Positions 34,692-44,914 of a stretch of 63,986 nt of DNA are shown here, one piece after another (the stretch's first letter is position 1; each line of letters begins with the position of its first letter). The stretch lies in NCBI GenBank assembly GCA_964391105.1, contig CAYMKC010000001.1, positions 1-63,986 on the forward strand, written 5' to 3'. This DNA comes from an uncultured Thermoplasmatales archaeon (GTDB lineage: Archaea > Thermoplasmatota > Thermoplasmata > Thermoplasmatales > GCA-001856825). The translations under genes were made by a program, and so were the position numbers. The notes under the pieces were generated by a model. It was given only the letters and a program-made list of their open reading frames with translations. It was not told where the DNA came from and ran no database searches.

Positions 34692-35159
34692 CTAGAACTT
34701 CTCAAACTTCGCCCCTTGAGCGCCGCACACCGGGCACTTCTCCGGAGTTTTTCCCACTGCGGTGTAACCACACACCGGACAGATGAAGATGTCTACCTCT
34801 TCGATGTCCTTCTTCCTATCGACTGATTCGAGAGCGTCCTTGAACAGCACCTCGTGTATCTTCTCCGCCTCAAGTGCGTACTTAGTCGAAACTTCCGCCC
34901 CTTTCTCATTCTGGAACTTTGCAACCTCGTTAAACACTGGGTACATCTGGTTCACTTCGTAGTGCTCTCCCGCTATGGAATCTTCTAGATTCTCTGACGT
35001 ACTCTTGATCATTCCAAGATTCCTGTAGTGATTGGTCGCATGCACTGTCTCCGCATACGAGATTGCTTTGAACAGCCTGGACACATTTAGGAATCCGTTC
35101 CTGCTAGCCACTTCGGAGTAGATAGAATATTTCAGTGCTGCCTTGCTCTCTCCACACAA
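34692..35159 (-). CDS. Rubrerythrin (N-terminus apparently disrupted by a 1-nt frame change)
   Basis: Diiron four-helix region (GES..., ETVHATNH, GEHYE, EAEKIHE) plus a C-terminal rubredoxin-like CPVCGY...CPVCGA. The expected N-terminus MTKKNLEEV lies in another frame at 35161-35187. Confidence 0.8.
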   Translation of the reverse strand: MCGESKAALKYSIYSEVASRNGFLNVSRLFKAISYAETVHATNHYRNLGMIKSTSENLEDSIAGEHYEVNQMYPVFNEVAKFQNEKGAEVSTKYALEAEKIHEVLFKDALESVDRKKDIEEVDIFICPVCGYTAVGKTPEKCPVCGAQGAKFEKF

Positions 35160-35388
35160 TGACTTCTTCCAGGTTTTTCTTTGTCATAGACCTCATTTTG
35201 ATCGTTTTGGTAATACCACTCGACTAATTAGACCTACTAGAGAAGAGTCAGTCTATGCGCTAGAAAATGCTCTTATTCCAATAAGAATTTCAGGCTATGA
35301 GTTTTTTTGGTGATATCTGCTCGACGAACTCTCCCGGACGCGATCTCGCATCTGATTTGTACTTGAATAACACTGGACTCTATCTCCT

Positions 35389-36585
35389 TTGTTAGGAGGA
35401 AAAAGGTTGGGGTATCTGTTCAAGGCGTCTTCGATTAACCTTGCAAGGGCAATCTATGCTCTCAACTGGTTTGACATAGCTCCGGGACTTTCATACATCT
35501 CAACCGATCTTGGCCTCAAAATCGTACAGCTTGGGATAGCCACTACATTTTTCTACGTGGGACTTGCCCCCTTTCAGTTGGTTGGTGGAGCACTAGCGTC
35601 AAGGATCGGATCGAGGAAGGTCGCGTTCATAGGACTGGTTATGCTGGGACTTGGGGCGATCGCCTCTGGCTTTTCCAAAAATCTGTTGGATCTTTCGGCG
35701 TCGAGGTTCATTGCCGGTTGGGGGTCGGCATTCTTCTTCTCTCCCGGACTCGCAATACTGCGTGACATCTCTCCTCCTGATTCGTACCCTCTTCAGGTAG
35801 GCATATACAACGGAGTGTTTGGGTTGGGTGCAGGAATCGGGGCGCTAGGATGGGTCTTTGTAGACAAAGCGATAGGATGGCAGTTGGGTTTGATCGCCGG
35901 TGGCCTCTTGATAATCGCAGTCGCAATGGAAAATTTCATCGTGCTGAGAGGAGATGAGGAAGCAAAGGCTGAGTCCATTGGCTTGAGCTCAAAGATATTC
36001 ACAATTGTTAGGAACAAGTATCTCTGGTTCATTGCAATCGGAACGCTTGCAGCTACCTTTGTGGAGACTATCGGCGGGCAATTCCTTGTCCTCTTTGGCG
36101 AGAAATACATGGGAATCAACAGGATCGATTCCGGATTCATCGATGGCCTGTTCCTCATGATTGGTTTCTTGGGGGGAGTGGTCGGGGGTCATTTACTTTC
36201 CAAGGCTAAAATAAGGATGCCCTTCGTATACACAATCCTGATAGTTGCAAGCATCACATTCATGGCAGTTCCATTCGCCAGGAATCTAGTATTGCTCACG
36301 GCAATAGTCGCGGTGTGTGGATTCTCCGTGCAATCCGGATTCTCCGCACTCTATGTTCTTGCCGTGCCACGCATCAAAGATAACGCTATGATTCCCTTTG
36401 CGCTCTCCTTTGTTAACTTCATCGGTATTGCTGTGGGTTCTGTATCTCCATTTGCCTTTACGCTTATAGTCAACGGGATTGGTCCAGCGTACGGATGGAT
36501 CATTCTAGGGATAGTTGGTATGCTCCTGATACCGTTTCTGTTCCTGTCGACAAGGAACGAAGAATTCGCTCAGCCTACAGCTTAA
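35389..36585 (+). CDS. MFS transporter
   Basis: 398 aa with about 12 predicted hydrophobic helices. An MFS-like loop SRIGSRKV follows TM2. Confidence 0.8.
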   Translation: MLGGKRLGYLFKASSINLARAIYALNWFDIAPGLSYISTDLGLKIVQLGIATTFFYVGLAPFQLVGGALASRIGSRKVAFIGLVMLGLGAIASGFSKNLLDLSASRFIAGWGSAFFFSPGLAILRDISPPDSYPLQVGIYNGVFGLGAGIGALGWVFVDKAIGWQLGLIAGGLLIIAVAMENFIVLRGDEEAKAESIGLSSKIFTIVRNKYLWFIAIGTLAATFVETIGGQFLVLFGEKYMGINRIDSGFIDGLFLMIGFLGGVVGGHLLSKAKIRMPFVYTILIVASITFMAVPFARNLVLLTAIVAVCGFSVQSGFSALYVLAVPRIKDNAMIPFALSFVNFIGIAVGSVSPFAFTLIVNGIGPAYGWIILGIVGMLLIPFLFLSTRNEEFAQPTA

Positions 36586-36599
36586 CTGTCGTGGTATAA

Positions 36600-37070
36600 G
36601 TGATGGAGGAATTCCAATGGTTTTATCCCAGATGGAAATTGGGGTCTATGGAAGATTGTCTGTTTTGCGGGATTGCGAAGCACTCCGTGGAAGCAGAAAT
36701 ACTGTACGAGTCAGATTCAACTGTCTGTTTCCTGGATCATCGTCCGCTCTCCAGGGGCCATTCAGTCATAATCTCCAAGGATCACTTCGAAAACGTCTAT
36801 GACATCGACAATGAGACCCTCAGCGAGGTGATAAGGATCGCAAAGGCAATGGCAGCAGCCATAAATAAAAGATACCGACCCTTGGGTATCAATCTGCTTC
36901 AGAACAACGGGGTGCATGCAGGTCAAACGATCTTTCACTTCCACCTCCAGGTAATTCCAAGATATGACGACGAGTATCTGAAGATGATCGTGAACGTTGC
37001 CTCCAGTAGAAAGCTAGTGGGAAAAGAAGTGCTGGAATCCGTCGCTTCCGAAATAAGGACTGCACTTTAA
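36600..37070 (+). CDS. HIT-family (histidine triad) protein
   Basis: CLFCGI and the histidine triad HFHLQVIPR. The real start is possibly MEDCLFC at 36648. Confidence 0.85.
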   Translation: MMEEFQWFYPRWKLGSMEDCLFCGIAKHSVEAEILYESDSTVCFLDHRPLSRGHSVIISKDHFENVYDIDNETLSEVIRIAKAMAAAINKRYRPLGINLLQNNGVHAGQTIFHFHLQVIPRYDDEYLKMIVNVASSRKLVGKEVLESVASEIRTAL

Positions 37071-37229
37071 TGCTAGGGACAGACAATTATTATGATGGAC
37101 ATTTTGTGTTATTCATGATTAACGCATTAAATCGAATCAGACCGCAACCTACCGTCCAGAATTCGTAGCACTGTAAAGTGCCAGACAGTTGACAAGGTTT
37201 TATTACTCCCAATTTATAAGGTTAAGCAA

Positions 37230-38243
37230 ATGTATAGGTTTGGAATCGCTGGAATTCCTCTTGGTTCCAAGGGGAGAACGGTAAAGGATGCTGTTGAAAA
37301 CACGTTCCAGCTTGGGTTGAATTATCTTGAAATTCAACTGTTCAGAATCAGTACTCAAGAGCGAGAGATGCGTGACTATGTTGGTATGAAACCAAAAGAG
37401 CTCGACGAGATGCTCCTGGTAGACCTGCTAAGAAGTGATGAGGAAGGGAAGTACAAGTCGGTTGGGCTCAATACCGAAATCGAGGAGGACGACATCGGCA
37501 CAGAACTCTTTTGGAGCATGGCCAGGGACTACAAGGAACTGAACCTCGCAAGGGATGTAGCGAGGGAGCTGGATGTTAAGATATCTCTTCACACCCCCTA
37601 CTACGTCGATTTCTCCAATGAGGAGAGAATGATCGTGGACTCAATTCAGCACACCATTTGGGGAGGCGTCATCGCTGACGCACTGGACTCACAGTATCTA
37701 ATCACTCACTTGGGTCTGTCTCCCGGGACTAGAAAGAAGAACCTGGAGAAAACTGCGGCTTCCCTGAAGCAGATTGCAGACAAGCTCTCGTCTCTCAAGA
37801 TAAGACCCAAACTCTGTATAGAGAACTCCGGAAAATCAGAGGTGTTCGGAGGAGAAGACGAGATAGATTTCCTGCTGAGCAAGGTCAAGAATATTTCTTC
37901 AATCACAAACATTTCACATATCTACTCTTCCAAAAAAAATACACCAACAGAACAGGACGAGTTTGCTGAGATAATTGAAACGACGAAGAAGAAGAAAAGG
38001 CCCCTCTATTTTGAGTTTTCTGGTGTGGAGTTCCTGGACCAGAACGAGTACAGAATAACGCCCATCAAGAAAGGCAATCTGAAGTTCGAACCGTTTGCAG
38101 ATGCCCTGGCAGATTTTGATGACGAAATTACGCTGATTTCATTCTCACCACTCCTGGAGCACGATGCGCTCTATATGAAAGTCATCTTTGAGAGAAGCAT
38201 ACTGAAGAAGATTGGAAAGACGGTCAAACCCCTGGCACAGTGA
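37230..38243 (+). CDS. Xylose-isomerase-like TIM-barrel protein (endonuclease IV-like / AP endonuclease 2 family)
   Basis: N-terminus FGIAGIPLGSKG...GLNYLEIQ is typical of archaeal endonuclease IV-related TIM barrels. It contains an acidic insertion. Confidence 0.5.
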   Translation: MYRFGIAGIPLGSKGRTVKDAVENTFQLGLNYLEIQLFRISTQEREMRDYVGMKPKELDEMLLVDLLRSDEEGKYKSVGLNTEIEEDDIGTELFWSMARDYKELNLARDVARELDVKISLHTPYYVDFSNEERMIVDSIQHTIWGGVIADALDSQYLITHLGLSPGTRKKNLEKTAASLKQIADKLSSLKIRPKLCIENSGKSEVFGGEDEIDFLLSKVKNISSITNISHIYSSKKNTPTEQDEFAEIIETTKKKKRPLYFEFSGVEFLDQNEYRITPIKKGNLKFEPFADALADFDDEITLISFSPLLEHDALYMKVIFERSILKKIGKTVKPLAQ

Positions 38244-38298
38244 TTAATCCTTTATTCCGTGTTCACATCTCCATCCTTTTTGGAACGGATCTAGTTGC

Positions 38299-38829
38299 TT
38301 AGGATCTCACCAGTATCTGTCTATAGGTGTGCTTTATTTTGTCAACCTTGGGTCTGATGACGGCATTGCAGTAAGCGGCTCTAGGGTTTTTCTCAAAGTA
38401 ATTCTTGTGATAATCTTCAGCGGGATAAAAGTTCCTCAAACGTTCAACCGCAGTCACAATCTTTTTTGAGTACTTTTTTTGAACATCGTCAACCGCTCTT
38501 CTCACTACCTTTTCGTCTTGCTCATTGTCGTAGAATATTACCGATCTGTACTGTTCGCCCTCGTCTCCCCCTTGCCTATTTAGGGAGGTTGGATCGTGCA
38601 TCGTGAAAAAAATGTCAAGCAACGCCTGCAGGGATATCACCTCAGGGTCGTACTCCACATCCGTAACTTCAGCGTGGCCAGTAGTGCCTTCACACACCAT
38701 TTCGTACGTCGGATTTTCGACAGTTCCACCAGAGTACCCAGGTTGGGTTGATTGTACCCCTTCAATTACAGAAAAAACCGCTTCTGTGCACCAGAAACAA
38801 CCGCCACCTAAGACAATGTGTTTGGTCAC
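38299..38829 (-). CDS. msrA: Peptide-methionine (S)-S-oxide reductase
   Basis: Active-site motif GGGCFWCTEAVF. Confidence 0.9.
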   Translation of the reverse strand: MTKHIVLGGGCFWCTEAVFSVIEGVQSTQPGYSGGTVENPTYEMVCEGTTGHAEVTDVEYDPEVISLQALLDIFFTMHDPTSLNRQGGDEGEQYRSVIFYDNEQDEKVVRRAVDDVQKKYSKKIVTAVERLRNFYPAEDYHKNYFEKNPRAAYCNAVIRPKVDKIKHTYRQILVRS

Positions 38830-38833
38830 TTCG

Positions 38834-39217
38834 TCACTCCCCGTCAGGCACGAATTTCATCGAGATAGAGTTTACACAGTGCCTGGTGTTTTTCGGAGTG
38901 AATTGTTCTCCATAGAAGACGTGGCCAAGATGAGCGTCGCAGTTTGCGCACCTTATCTCAGTTCTGCTACCATCCCTGTCTAACAATTTCCTTACCGCTC
39001 CCTCGATCTCGTTGTCGAAGCTCGGCCACCCGCAATCGGATTCAAACTTATCGCTAGACTTGTACAGCGGAGAGTTGCACCTTCTGCAGACGTACGTACC
39101 TTTCTTGAAAAAGTCGTGGTATTCACCCGTGAATGGAAACTCCGTATCGCCGTACAGAATCACCCTCTCTTCCTCATTAGTGAGTTTATTGTAGGCCTCA
39201 TTTCTGTTCATTGTCAA
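38834..39217 (-). CDS. msrB: Peptide-methionine (R)-S-oxide reductase
   Basis: CRRCNSPL...CGWPSF...RCANCDAHLGHVF. It begins 4 nt upstream of msrA. Confidence 0.9.
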   Translation of the reverse strand: MTMNRNEAYNKLTNEEERVILYGDTEFPFTGEYHDFFKKGTYVCRRCNSPLYKSSDKFESDCGWPSFDNEIEGAVRKLLDRDGSRTEIRCANCDAHLGHVFYGEQFTPKNTRHCVNSISMKFVPDGE

Positions 39218-39364
39218 ACAAGCATTTGTTCAAATAAAAATATATTGTCAGTCCGTTAATTACTCATCCGGTATTCCGTGGAGTTCTGATTCTGTCCATG
39301 AGAGCAAAACGTCTGATGTGATAAAAGCAAAAAGACTTTAAATGCTGCGAAAATAAGTATTATA

Positions 39365-39805
39365 TTGAACGACCTAGTTGGGCACCCAGATAACTGCATT
39401 TTTTGCAGGATCCTCGATGGCAAAGAGGAAGCCACTTTTTTGTACAGGAACAGCAAAGTGTCTGCATTTCTTGACATACATCCGTTATTCCACGGGCACA
39501 CTCTAGTGATACCCAACGAACATTATGTTGATATCTCAGATGTGTCGGAAGAATCGCTAAGTGAAGTTATGAAAGTCGCAAGGATGGTCAGCAACCTTAT
39601 GATGAGTAATCTGGGGGCGGAAGGCATAAACATAATGCATTCCACCGGAAGACCTGCGGGACAGACAATTTATCATTTTCACGTCCACATCCTCCCAAGG
39701 AAAGCCGGGGATGACACGGAATTTCAAAGATGGTGGTTTTCCAGAACCCACAAGGCTTCGCGACAGGAACTGGAACTACTTGCGAAGAGGTTACTCAAAG
39801 AATAA
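39365..39805 (+). CDS. HIT-family protein (second paralogue)
   Basis: CIFCRI and the triad HFHVHILPR. Non-ATG (TTG) start as given in the ORF track. Confidence 0.85.
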   Translation: MNDLVGHPDNCIFCRILDGKEEATFLYRNSKVSAFLDIHPLFHGHTLVIPNEHYVDISDVSEESLSEVMKVARMVSNLMMSNLGAEGINIMHSTGRPAGQTIYHFHVHILPRKAGDDTEFQRWWFSRTHKASRQELELLAKRLLKE

Positions 39806-40109
39806 TCTCCTAGATACATTATCCAACTCCGATTGGGCAAGAACAACATAGGGTTTCAGGTGAAACCTCGAACTTCCCTTTTAAAATCAAAGATACAAAT
39901 ATAGCCTTTAGAGGATTGATGATCTTTTAACCAACTCATATTTAGATGGCTACCTGCTCCACCCAGCCTGGCCAATATAATCATATTCTACCCCCGGTGA
40001 AACTCTTTTTGAGAGTGGCCGTGGTAAATTTAGAATCGAGACACATAGTAGGAGGTTAGGTCTGGCCGATCAATCTTCACTTGATCGCAAGATTTCCCGG
40101 GGTGAGCAC

Positions 40110-40715
40110 TCAGTCATATGACCCTGTTTTTACTTCGCCTGCCTTCTCATAGTTGGCGAGGATGACTCCACTGGGACCGATAATATTCTTGACTAACCTG
40201 AATGTCCTGGGTATAGTACCTTCAGCAAACAATTTCTTTCCAGGGCCGATAACTACAGGAAAAATTTTGAGCCACAGTTCGTCGATTAAGTCGAGCTTCA
40301 GGAGCGTTTGTACGAGATTGCCACTTCCCCAAACGTGAAGATCAGGGCCATCACCTTTCTTGAGTTTCTTCACCTTTTCAGCAACATTTCCGACGAGAGG
40401 TACAGAATTTTGCCAATCAAACTTGAGTGATGAGTTATTAGACACAACGTACTTCTTTACTTCATTTATGCCTGGCCAACCAGCAGCGTGGTGGGGCCAA
40501 TACGAGGCGAAAATTTCGTACGTCTTTCGGCCAAGAAGCAACTCGGATCGTTCCAACGACATCTGTTCTACCAGCGCTTTGTCGATTAGCTCATCAGTGT
40601 AGGGGACTGTCCACCCACCGTAGTTGAAGCCGCCTGAAGTATCTTCCTCGGGGCCACCGGGCGCCTGCATCACGCCATCGAGTGTTATAAACTCTATCAC
40701 AATTATTTTTCTCAC
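40110..40715 (-). CDS. Dihydrofolate reductase-family protein (RibD C-terminal domain type)
   Basis: N-terminus MRKIIVIEFITLDGVMQAPGGPEED is characteristic of this family. Confidence 0.75.
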   Translation of the reverse strand: MRKIIVIEFITLDGVMQAPGGPEEDTSGGFNYGGWTVPYTDELIDKALVEQMSLERSELLLGRKTYEIFASYWPHHAAGWPGINEVKKYVVSNNSSLKFDWQNSVPLVGNVAEKVKKLKKGDGPDLHVWGSGNLVQTLLKLDLIDELWLKIFPVVIGPGKKLFAEGTIPRTFRLVKNIIGPSGVILANYEKAGEVKTGSYD

Positions 40716-40839
40716 AGAGTCACTAAGTTCGCCATGGAGCTTTCTTATAAAAATATGATGGGGGCGAGAGTATTCCTTGCTTTAATGAATAATTCAAGTC
40801 TTAAAGTATCTGTTAAATATTCATAGATCATGCTGAATC

Positions 40840-42216
40840 ATGGTCAGGAAGGAGAGAGATTCACTCGGTGAAGTGGAGATTCCCGATGGACGACTTTATG
40901 GACCGGAAACTGTCCGGGCGCTCTCTAATTTCCCCTATCTTAGATTTATGGATAGGCGAATTATTGACACTTTGATCGTAATAAAGCGGTCTTACGTCAG
41001 GGCATTTACGACCAAGGGGAAGATACCTAGTGAGATTGGTGATGTAATTACAAGGGCGGCGGATGAATTGTTAAGGAGCAAGAACGAGCTAGATTTCCCT
41101 CTAAAGTATATACAGGCCGGTGCAGGTACTTCCACTAACATGAATGTAAACGAAGTTATTGCAAATAAGGCACTCGAGTTGTTGGGAAGACCCCTCGGGA
41201 GCCACGACTTGATAAGTCCTCACAACCAGGTGAACATCGGGCAATCCACTAACGACACGATACCGGCAGCCATCAGAATAACTGCATATTTTGCACTTAG
41301 AGAGTTATCCAAATATGTCGAGAAAGTCGTTGAGAGACTGGACGGGCTCTCGGAGGAGAATTCTAACAAGATAAAGACGGGAAGGACACACATTCAAGAT
41401 GCCTCTGCAGTCACCTTCGGTGGTGAATTCAAGGCGTATGCAGCTCAACTCAGGTCGTTCCTCGATGAGAAGGATTATATCCTCACTCGACTGAAGAGGC
41501 TCAACCTTGGCGGTACGGCGGTGGGAACGGGTGCAAACCTTCCTCCCGATGTAAGGGATCTCGTATACAAGAACATCAATGAGTACTACAACGAGACCTT
41601 CGTCCCTGCCGAGAATCTTATGATGGTCATGCAGTTTGCCTCCGATTTCAACCTTCTTGCTTCGTGGTTCAGCAATCTATCAGCGACCCTCATTAAGATT
41701 TCGAGGGATCTGAGAATGATGAATTCCGGACCAGTAGCGGGCTTCAACGAAATAGTGCTTCCGGCCGTCCAACCCGGTTCGTCTATCATGCCCGGGAAAG
41801 TGAATCCGAGCATCCTCGAGGCAGTGACCATGAGCGCTCTGTTCGTAAGGGGGCTTGCACAGACAGTAAACGATGCGTCAACTCAGGGTGAGATGGAGAT
41901 CAATGTCTTCACTCCAATCATCTACACTGCATTAATGGAAGCATTCGACATCCTCACTGTAACGCTCACAATCATGGAAGAGAAGACGCTCAAGGGAATC
42001 AAGATCAACTCGGACTATGCCTACCAGATGCTGCTTAACTCTCCAGGAACTGCGTTGCTATTGAACCCAGTAATCGGATACGAGAGAACCGCAGAGATTG
42101 TCAAGGAGGCGAGGGAAAAGAATGTGCCGTTCTTGAAACTTCTAAGGGAGAGGAAGATCCTAACGGAAGATCAGATAAACAAGATATTCAGCCCCGAGAA
42201 TATGCTGAACAAGTGA
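40840..42216 (+). CDS. Class II fumarate hydratase / aspartate ammonia-lyase family enzyme
   Basis: Family signature GSSIMPGKVNPS, plus TNMNVNEV and QSTNDT. Confidence 0.85.
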   Translation: MVRKERDSLGEVEIPDGRLYGPETVRALSNFPYLRFMDRRIIDTLIVIKRSYVRAFTTKGKIPSEIGDVITRAADELLRSKNELDFPLKYIQAGAGTSTNMNVNEVIANKALELLGRPLGSHDLISPHNQVNIGQSTNDTIPAAIRITAYFALRELSKYVEKVVERLDGLSEENSNKIKTGRTHIQDASAVTFGGEFKAYAAQLRSFLDEKDYILTRLKRLNLGGTAVGTGANLPPDVRDLVYKNINEYYNETFVPAENLMMVMQFASDFNLLASWFSNLSATLIKISRDLRMMNSGPVAGFNEIVLPAVQPGSSIMPGKVNPSILEAVTMSALFVRGLAQTVNDASTQGEMEINVFTPIIYTALMEAFDILTVTLTIMEEKTLKGIKINSDYAYQMLLNSPGTALLLNPVIGYERTAEIVKEAREKNVPFLKLLRERKILTEDQINKIFSPENMLNK

Positions 42217-42323
42217 CGCTTTCACTCCTAACAGCACTAAGATACCAAATGTATCATTTCGGGCGTAAACCCTTGAAAAAAATAAATACTCCGGACAAAT
42301 TCGGTGGTATATAAGAGGATTAC

Positions 42324-42902
42324 ATGTATTTCATAATTGAGACGAATGAGACTGTCAGGGTGCCCCCCGAACATCTGGGAGAGGAGTACGAAGTTACAGC
42401 CAAGTCTATTGCGATAAAGAACGTAGAAGGGAAAATAGGTGTTCTTGACCGCGATATGGTCAGGGATCCGAACGATCGCAAGTTCATCAATCTGCTCGTC
42501 CTCGAGTCTGACCTCGACGGAGAGGGAAGGATAGTCCACGGTGATGGTGGCGTGTATCAGGAAGTAAAGATGAAGATACTCGCCTTCCAACCTATGATGC
42601 AAGAGATCGTAGAAGGAGACGTTGCCGATGTCAAGAAATTCGGCGCATTCGTGAGCATTGGACCTCTAGAAGGGCTCCTTCACGTGAGCCAGGTGATGGA
42701 CGACAGGATCGAGGTCGACGAAGAGAACAAGAAGATGACGGGTAAGGACACCAAGAGAGACCTAAAGATGGGCGATCAGGTGAGGGCTAGGATTGTTGCC
42801 CTTTCACTGTCGGATTCGAAGATCGAAGAGAGCAAAATAGGACTAACCATGAGACAGAATTTCTTGGGAAAGCTCCAGTGGTTGAAGGGTGAGGCGAAGT
42901 GA
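42324..42902 (+). CDS. rpo7: DNA-directed RNA polymerase subunit E' (Rpo7)
   Basis: N-terminal Rpo7 fold followed by an S1 domain (GDVADVKKFGAFVSIGP...GLLHVSQ). Confidence 0.9.
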   Translation: MYFIIETNETVRVPPEHLGEEYEVTAKSIAIKNVEGKIGVLDRDMVRDPNDRKFINLLVLESDLDGEGRIVHGDGGVYQEVKMKILAFQPMMQEIVEGDVADVKKFGAFVSIGPLEGLLHVSQVMDDRIEVDEENKKMTGKDTKRDLKMGDQVRARIVALSLSDSKIEESKIGLTMRQNFLGKLQWLKGEAK

Positions 42903-43084
42903 TAAAACTCAGGGCTTGCAGGAACTGTAAGAATGTTACGGAAGAAACAAAGTGCGAGAGATGCGGCGGAGACACGGTTATGGAATGGAAGGGCTACCTT
43001 TTCGTACTGGAGCCAAACCGTTCTCTGATAGGTAAGAAAGCCGGAGTAGCGACACCCGGTGAGTATGCAATTAAAGTTAGATAA
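42899..43084 (+). CDS. spt4: Transcription elongation factor Spt4 / RNAP subunit E''
   Basis: 61-aa zinc ribbon CRNC...CERCGG. 4-nt overlap with rpo7. Confidence 0.85.
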   Translation: MIKLRACRNCKNVTEETKCERCGGDTVMEWKGYLFVLEPNRSLIGKKAGVATPGEYAIKVR

Positions 43085-43574
43085 GGACTTAGTCATTCCA
43101 ACCGAATACAGGCAGGTCTTCTCCAGGCTGCCGGAAGTGTTGATAACTAAGGAGTCTCAGATAGAATTCTTCTCGTCTAAGACCCTAATCACAGTTGGGG
43201 ACGTTGTAACAGCCACTGCCCTGCGCTTCAGCATAGTCCCTAAACTTTCCATAATCGATTTCAAAACCAAGAGAGACGAAACGATCTCTGCACCATCAAA
43301 CAGGTGGGAACGCACTTTGAACGTGAAAAATGTACCGGGGTCGATTTCGGTGGGGCTCTGGAACGCAATAGAACTAGCGCTCAAGTCGAAAGGCAACACG
43401 CTTATAGAGGTCGAGGGGGAGGAGGACCTCGCCTCGATTCCTGCCATCCTTATGGCACCGGATGGTGCGATAGTTATTTATGGCGTTCCCGATAAGGGGA
43501 TAGCCGTATATGAGGTCGGGGACCACCTTAGACAGCTGGTCTCGAAAGACTTGGAAAAGATAAGGGGAATATGA
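43059..43574 (+). CDS. DUF359-family protein (GTP-dependent dephospho-CoA kinase type)
   Basis: TVGDVVTATAL and IDFKTKRD motifs. It occupies the conserved position between spt4 and rps24e. Confidence 0.7.
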   Translation: MSMQLKLDKDLVIPTEYRQVFSRLPEVLITKESQIEFFSSKTLITVGDVVTATALRFSIVPKLSIIDFKTKRDETISAPSNRWERTLNVKNVPGSISVGLWNAIELALKSKGNTLIEVEGEEDLASIPAILMAPDGAIVIYGVPDKGIAVYEVGDHLRQLVSKDLEKIRGI

Positions 43575-43901
43575 ATGAAGATTGAGATTGAGAGCAGAGA
43601 AGAGAACAAGCTGCTTAACAGGATAGAGGTAAGGTACAGGGCAGTCCATTCAAAAGAAAAGACGCCTAGCAGGCTGGACGTGAAGAATCAGATCGCTGCG
43701 AACCTGCAGGTATCGAAAGAACTCGTTATAATCGACAACCAGGAGTCAAAATTTGGCAAGAACTACACAGTTGGTTATGCCAAAGTTTACAGGTCCAAGG
43801 AAGAGGCGATGGCTCTGGAACCAGATTACTTGCTCATCAGAAACGGACTGAAGTCAAAGGGAGGAGATCAGGATGCAAAAGAGGGAAATGTACAAAGTTG
43901 A
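43575..43901 (+). CDS. rps24e: 30S ribosomal protein S24e
   Basis: [21 protein letters not shown]...[12 protein letters not shown]. Confidence 0.9.
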   Translation: MKIEIESREENKLLNRIEVRYRAVHSKEKTPSRLDVKNQIAANLQVSKELVIIDNQESKFGKNYTVGYAKVYRSKEEAMALEPDYLLIRNGLKSKGGDQDAKEGNVQS

Positions 43902-44028
43902 GAACGGGAAGATCGTGCGGAAGGGAAAGTTCTGTCCGAAGTGCGGACCAGGTATATTCCTGGCTCAACACGAAGACAGACTTACCTGCGGTAGATGCGG
44001 ATACTCGGAACTGACCACAAAAGAGTAA
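43873..44028 (+). CDS. rps27ae: 30S ribosomal protein S27ae (not in the ORF track, 51 aa)
   Basis: My own translation is [51 protein letters not shown], a CxxC...CxxC zinc ribbon. It overlaps the end of rps24e. Confidence 0.85.
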   Translation: MQKREMYKVENGKIVRKGKFCPKCGPGIFLAQHEDRLTCGRCGYSELTTKE

Positions 44029-44173
44029 ACTTCCACTGAATCATTTAGAATAGCTCGTAAGTTTATCGCCGAAATTCTACAATAGCTCTGGCTGTAGAAA
44101 TGAGCAGTTTTCCAATAAGAAAAGTATCCTAGGAAAAGCTTAAAAACACGTAATTTTTTAACTCAAGAGAATT

Positions 44174-44914
44174 ATGATTCAGATTAAGGTCGATGCTAAA
44201 ACTATAAGAGAATTTTCGAATATCATTCTGACGCTGGTTCAAGAAGCCAGGGTCGATTTTAAACCAGACGGTATTTCTTCCAAGGTCATGGACCCCGCAA
44301 GGGTAGCAATGATCTCCGTCGAAGTCAAGAGGGAAGCATTCCAGGAGTTCGAGGTAAACGGGGAAGATAGCCTGGGTCTAGACATTGAGAAGATGAGAAA
44401 CTTTCTCAAACTGACGGGTCCTACTGACATAATAGATTTCAAATACGACGGGAAGAAGATATCGATGAAGAAAGAGAATCTCTCCGCTGGAATACCTATA
44501 ATTGACCCCTCTGCACTGACCACTCCCAAGATCCCAACCATAGAGCCGCAAGACAAGGTGGTCACCGACCTCAATCTTCTTTCTACAGGGATAAAGGCCG
44601 CAGAAGGAATATCGGAGGTTGTGACATTCGCAATAAAGAGCGACGAACTGAAAGTCTATGCGAGGGGAGAGACAGATTCGGAAACCATAGAGATGACTAT
44701 TCCTAAGAGCCTTGCCAAGGAGTTCATATTCAGTTCGGATTCGAAGAGCTCATTTGCCCTGGAGTATCTCACTAAATTCTTGAGGGCACTCGAGAGCACA
44801 GAAGAGGTCTCAATCGCTATAGGTAATGACTATCCTCTTAGAATGGAGGCACCGATAATGAACGGAAAGGGGAAGGTCACTTTTCTGATAGCTCCGAGGA
44901 TCGAGAACATCTGA
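44174..44914 (+). CDS. pcn: DNA polymerase sliding clamp (PCNA)
   Basis: 246 aa with an archaeal PCNA N-terminus (...AKTIREFSNIILTLVQEARVDFKPDGI...MDPARVAM). Confidence 0.9.
   Translation: MIQIKVDAKTIREFSNIILTLVQEARVDFKPDGISSKVMDPARVAMISVEVKREAFQEFEVNGEDSLGLDIEKMRNFLKLTGPTDIIDFKYDGKKISMKKENLSAGIPIIDPSALTTPKIPTIEPQDKVVTDLNLLSTGIKAAEGISEVVTFAIKSDELKVYARGETDSETIEMTIPKSLAKEFIFSSDSKSSFALEYLTKFLRALESTEEVSIAIGNDYPLRMEAPIMNGKGKVTFLIAPRIENI

Noticed and set aside
44030-44040. cTTCCACTGAa upstream of PCNA, resembling a mini-ORB half-site
   Set aside because: It is a single short partial match with no partner repeat and no adjacent orc1/cdc6 gene, so a chance match is likely.
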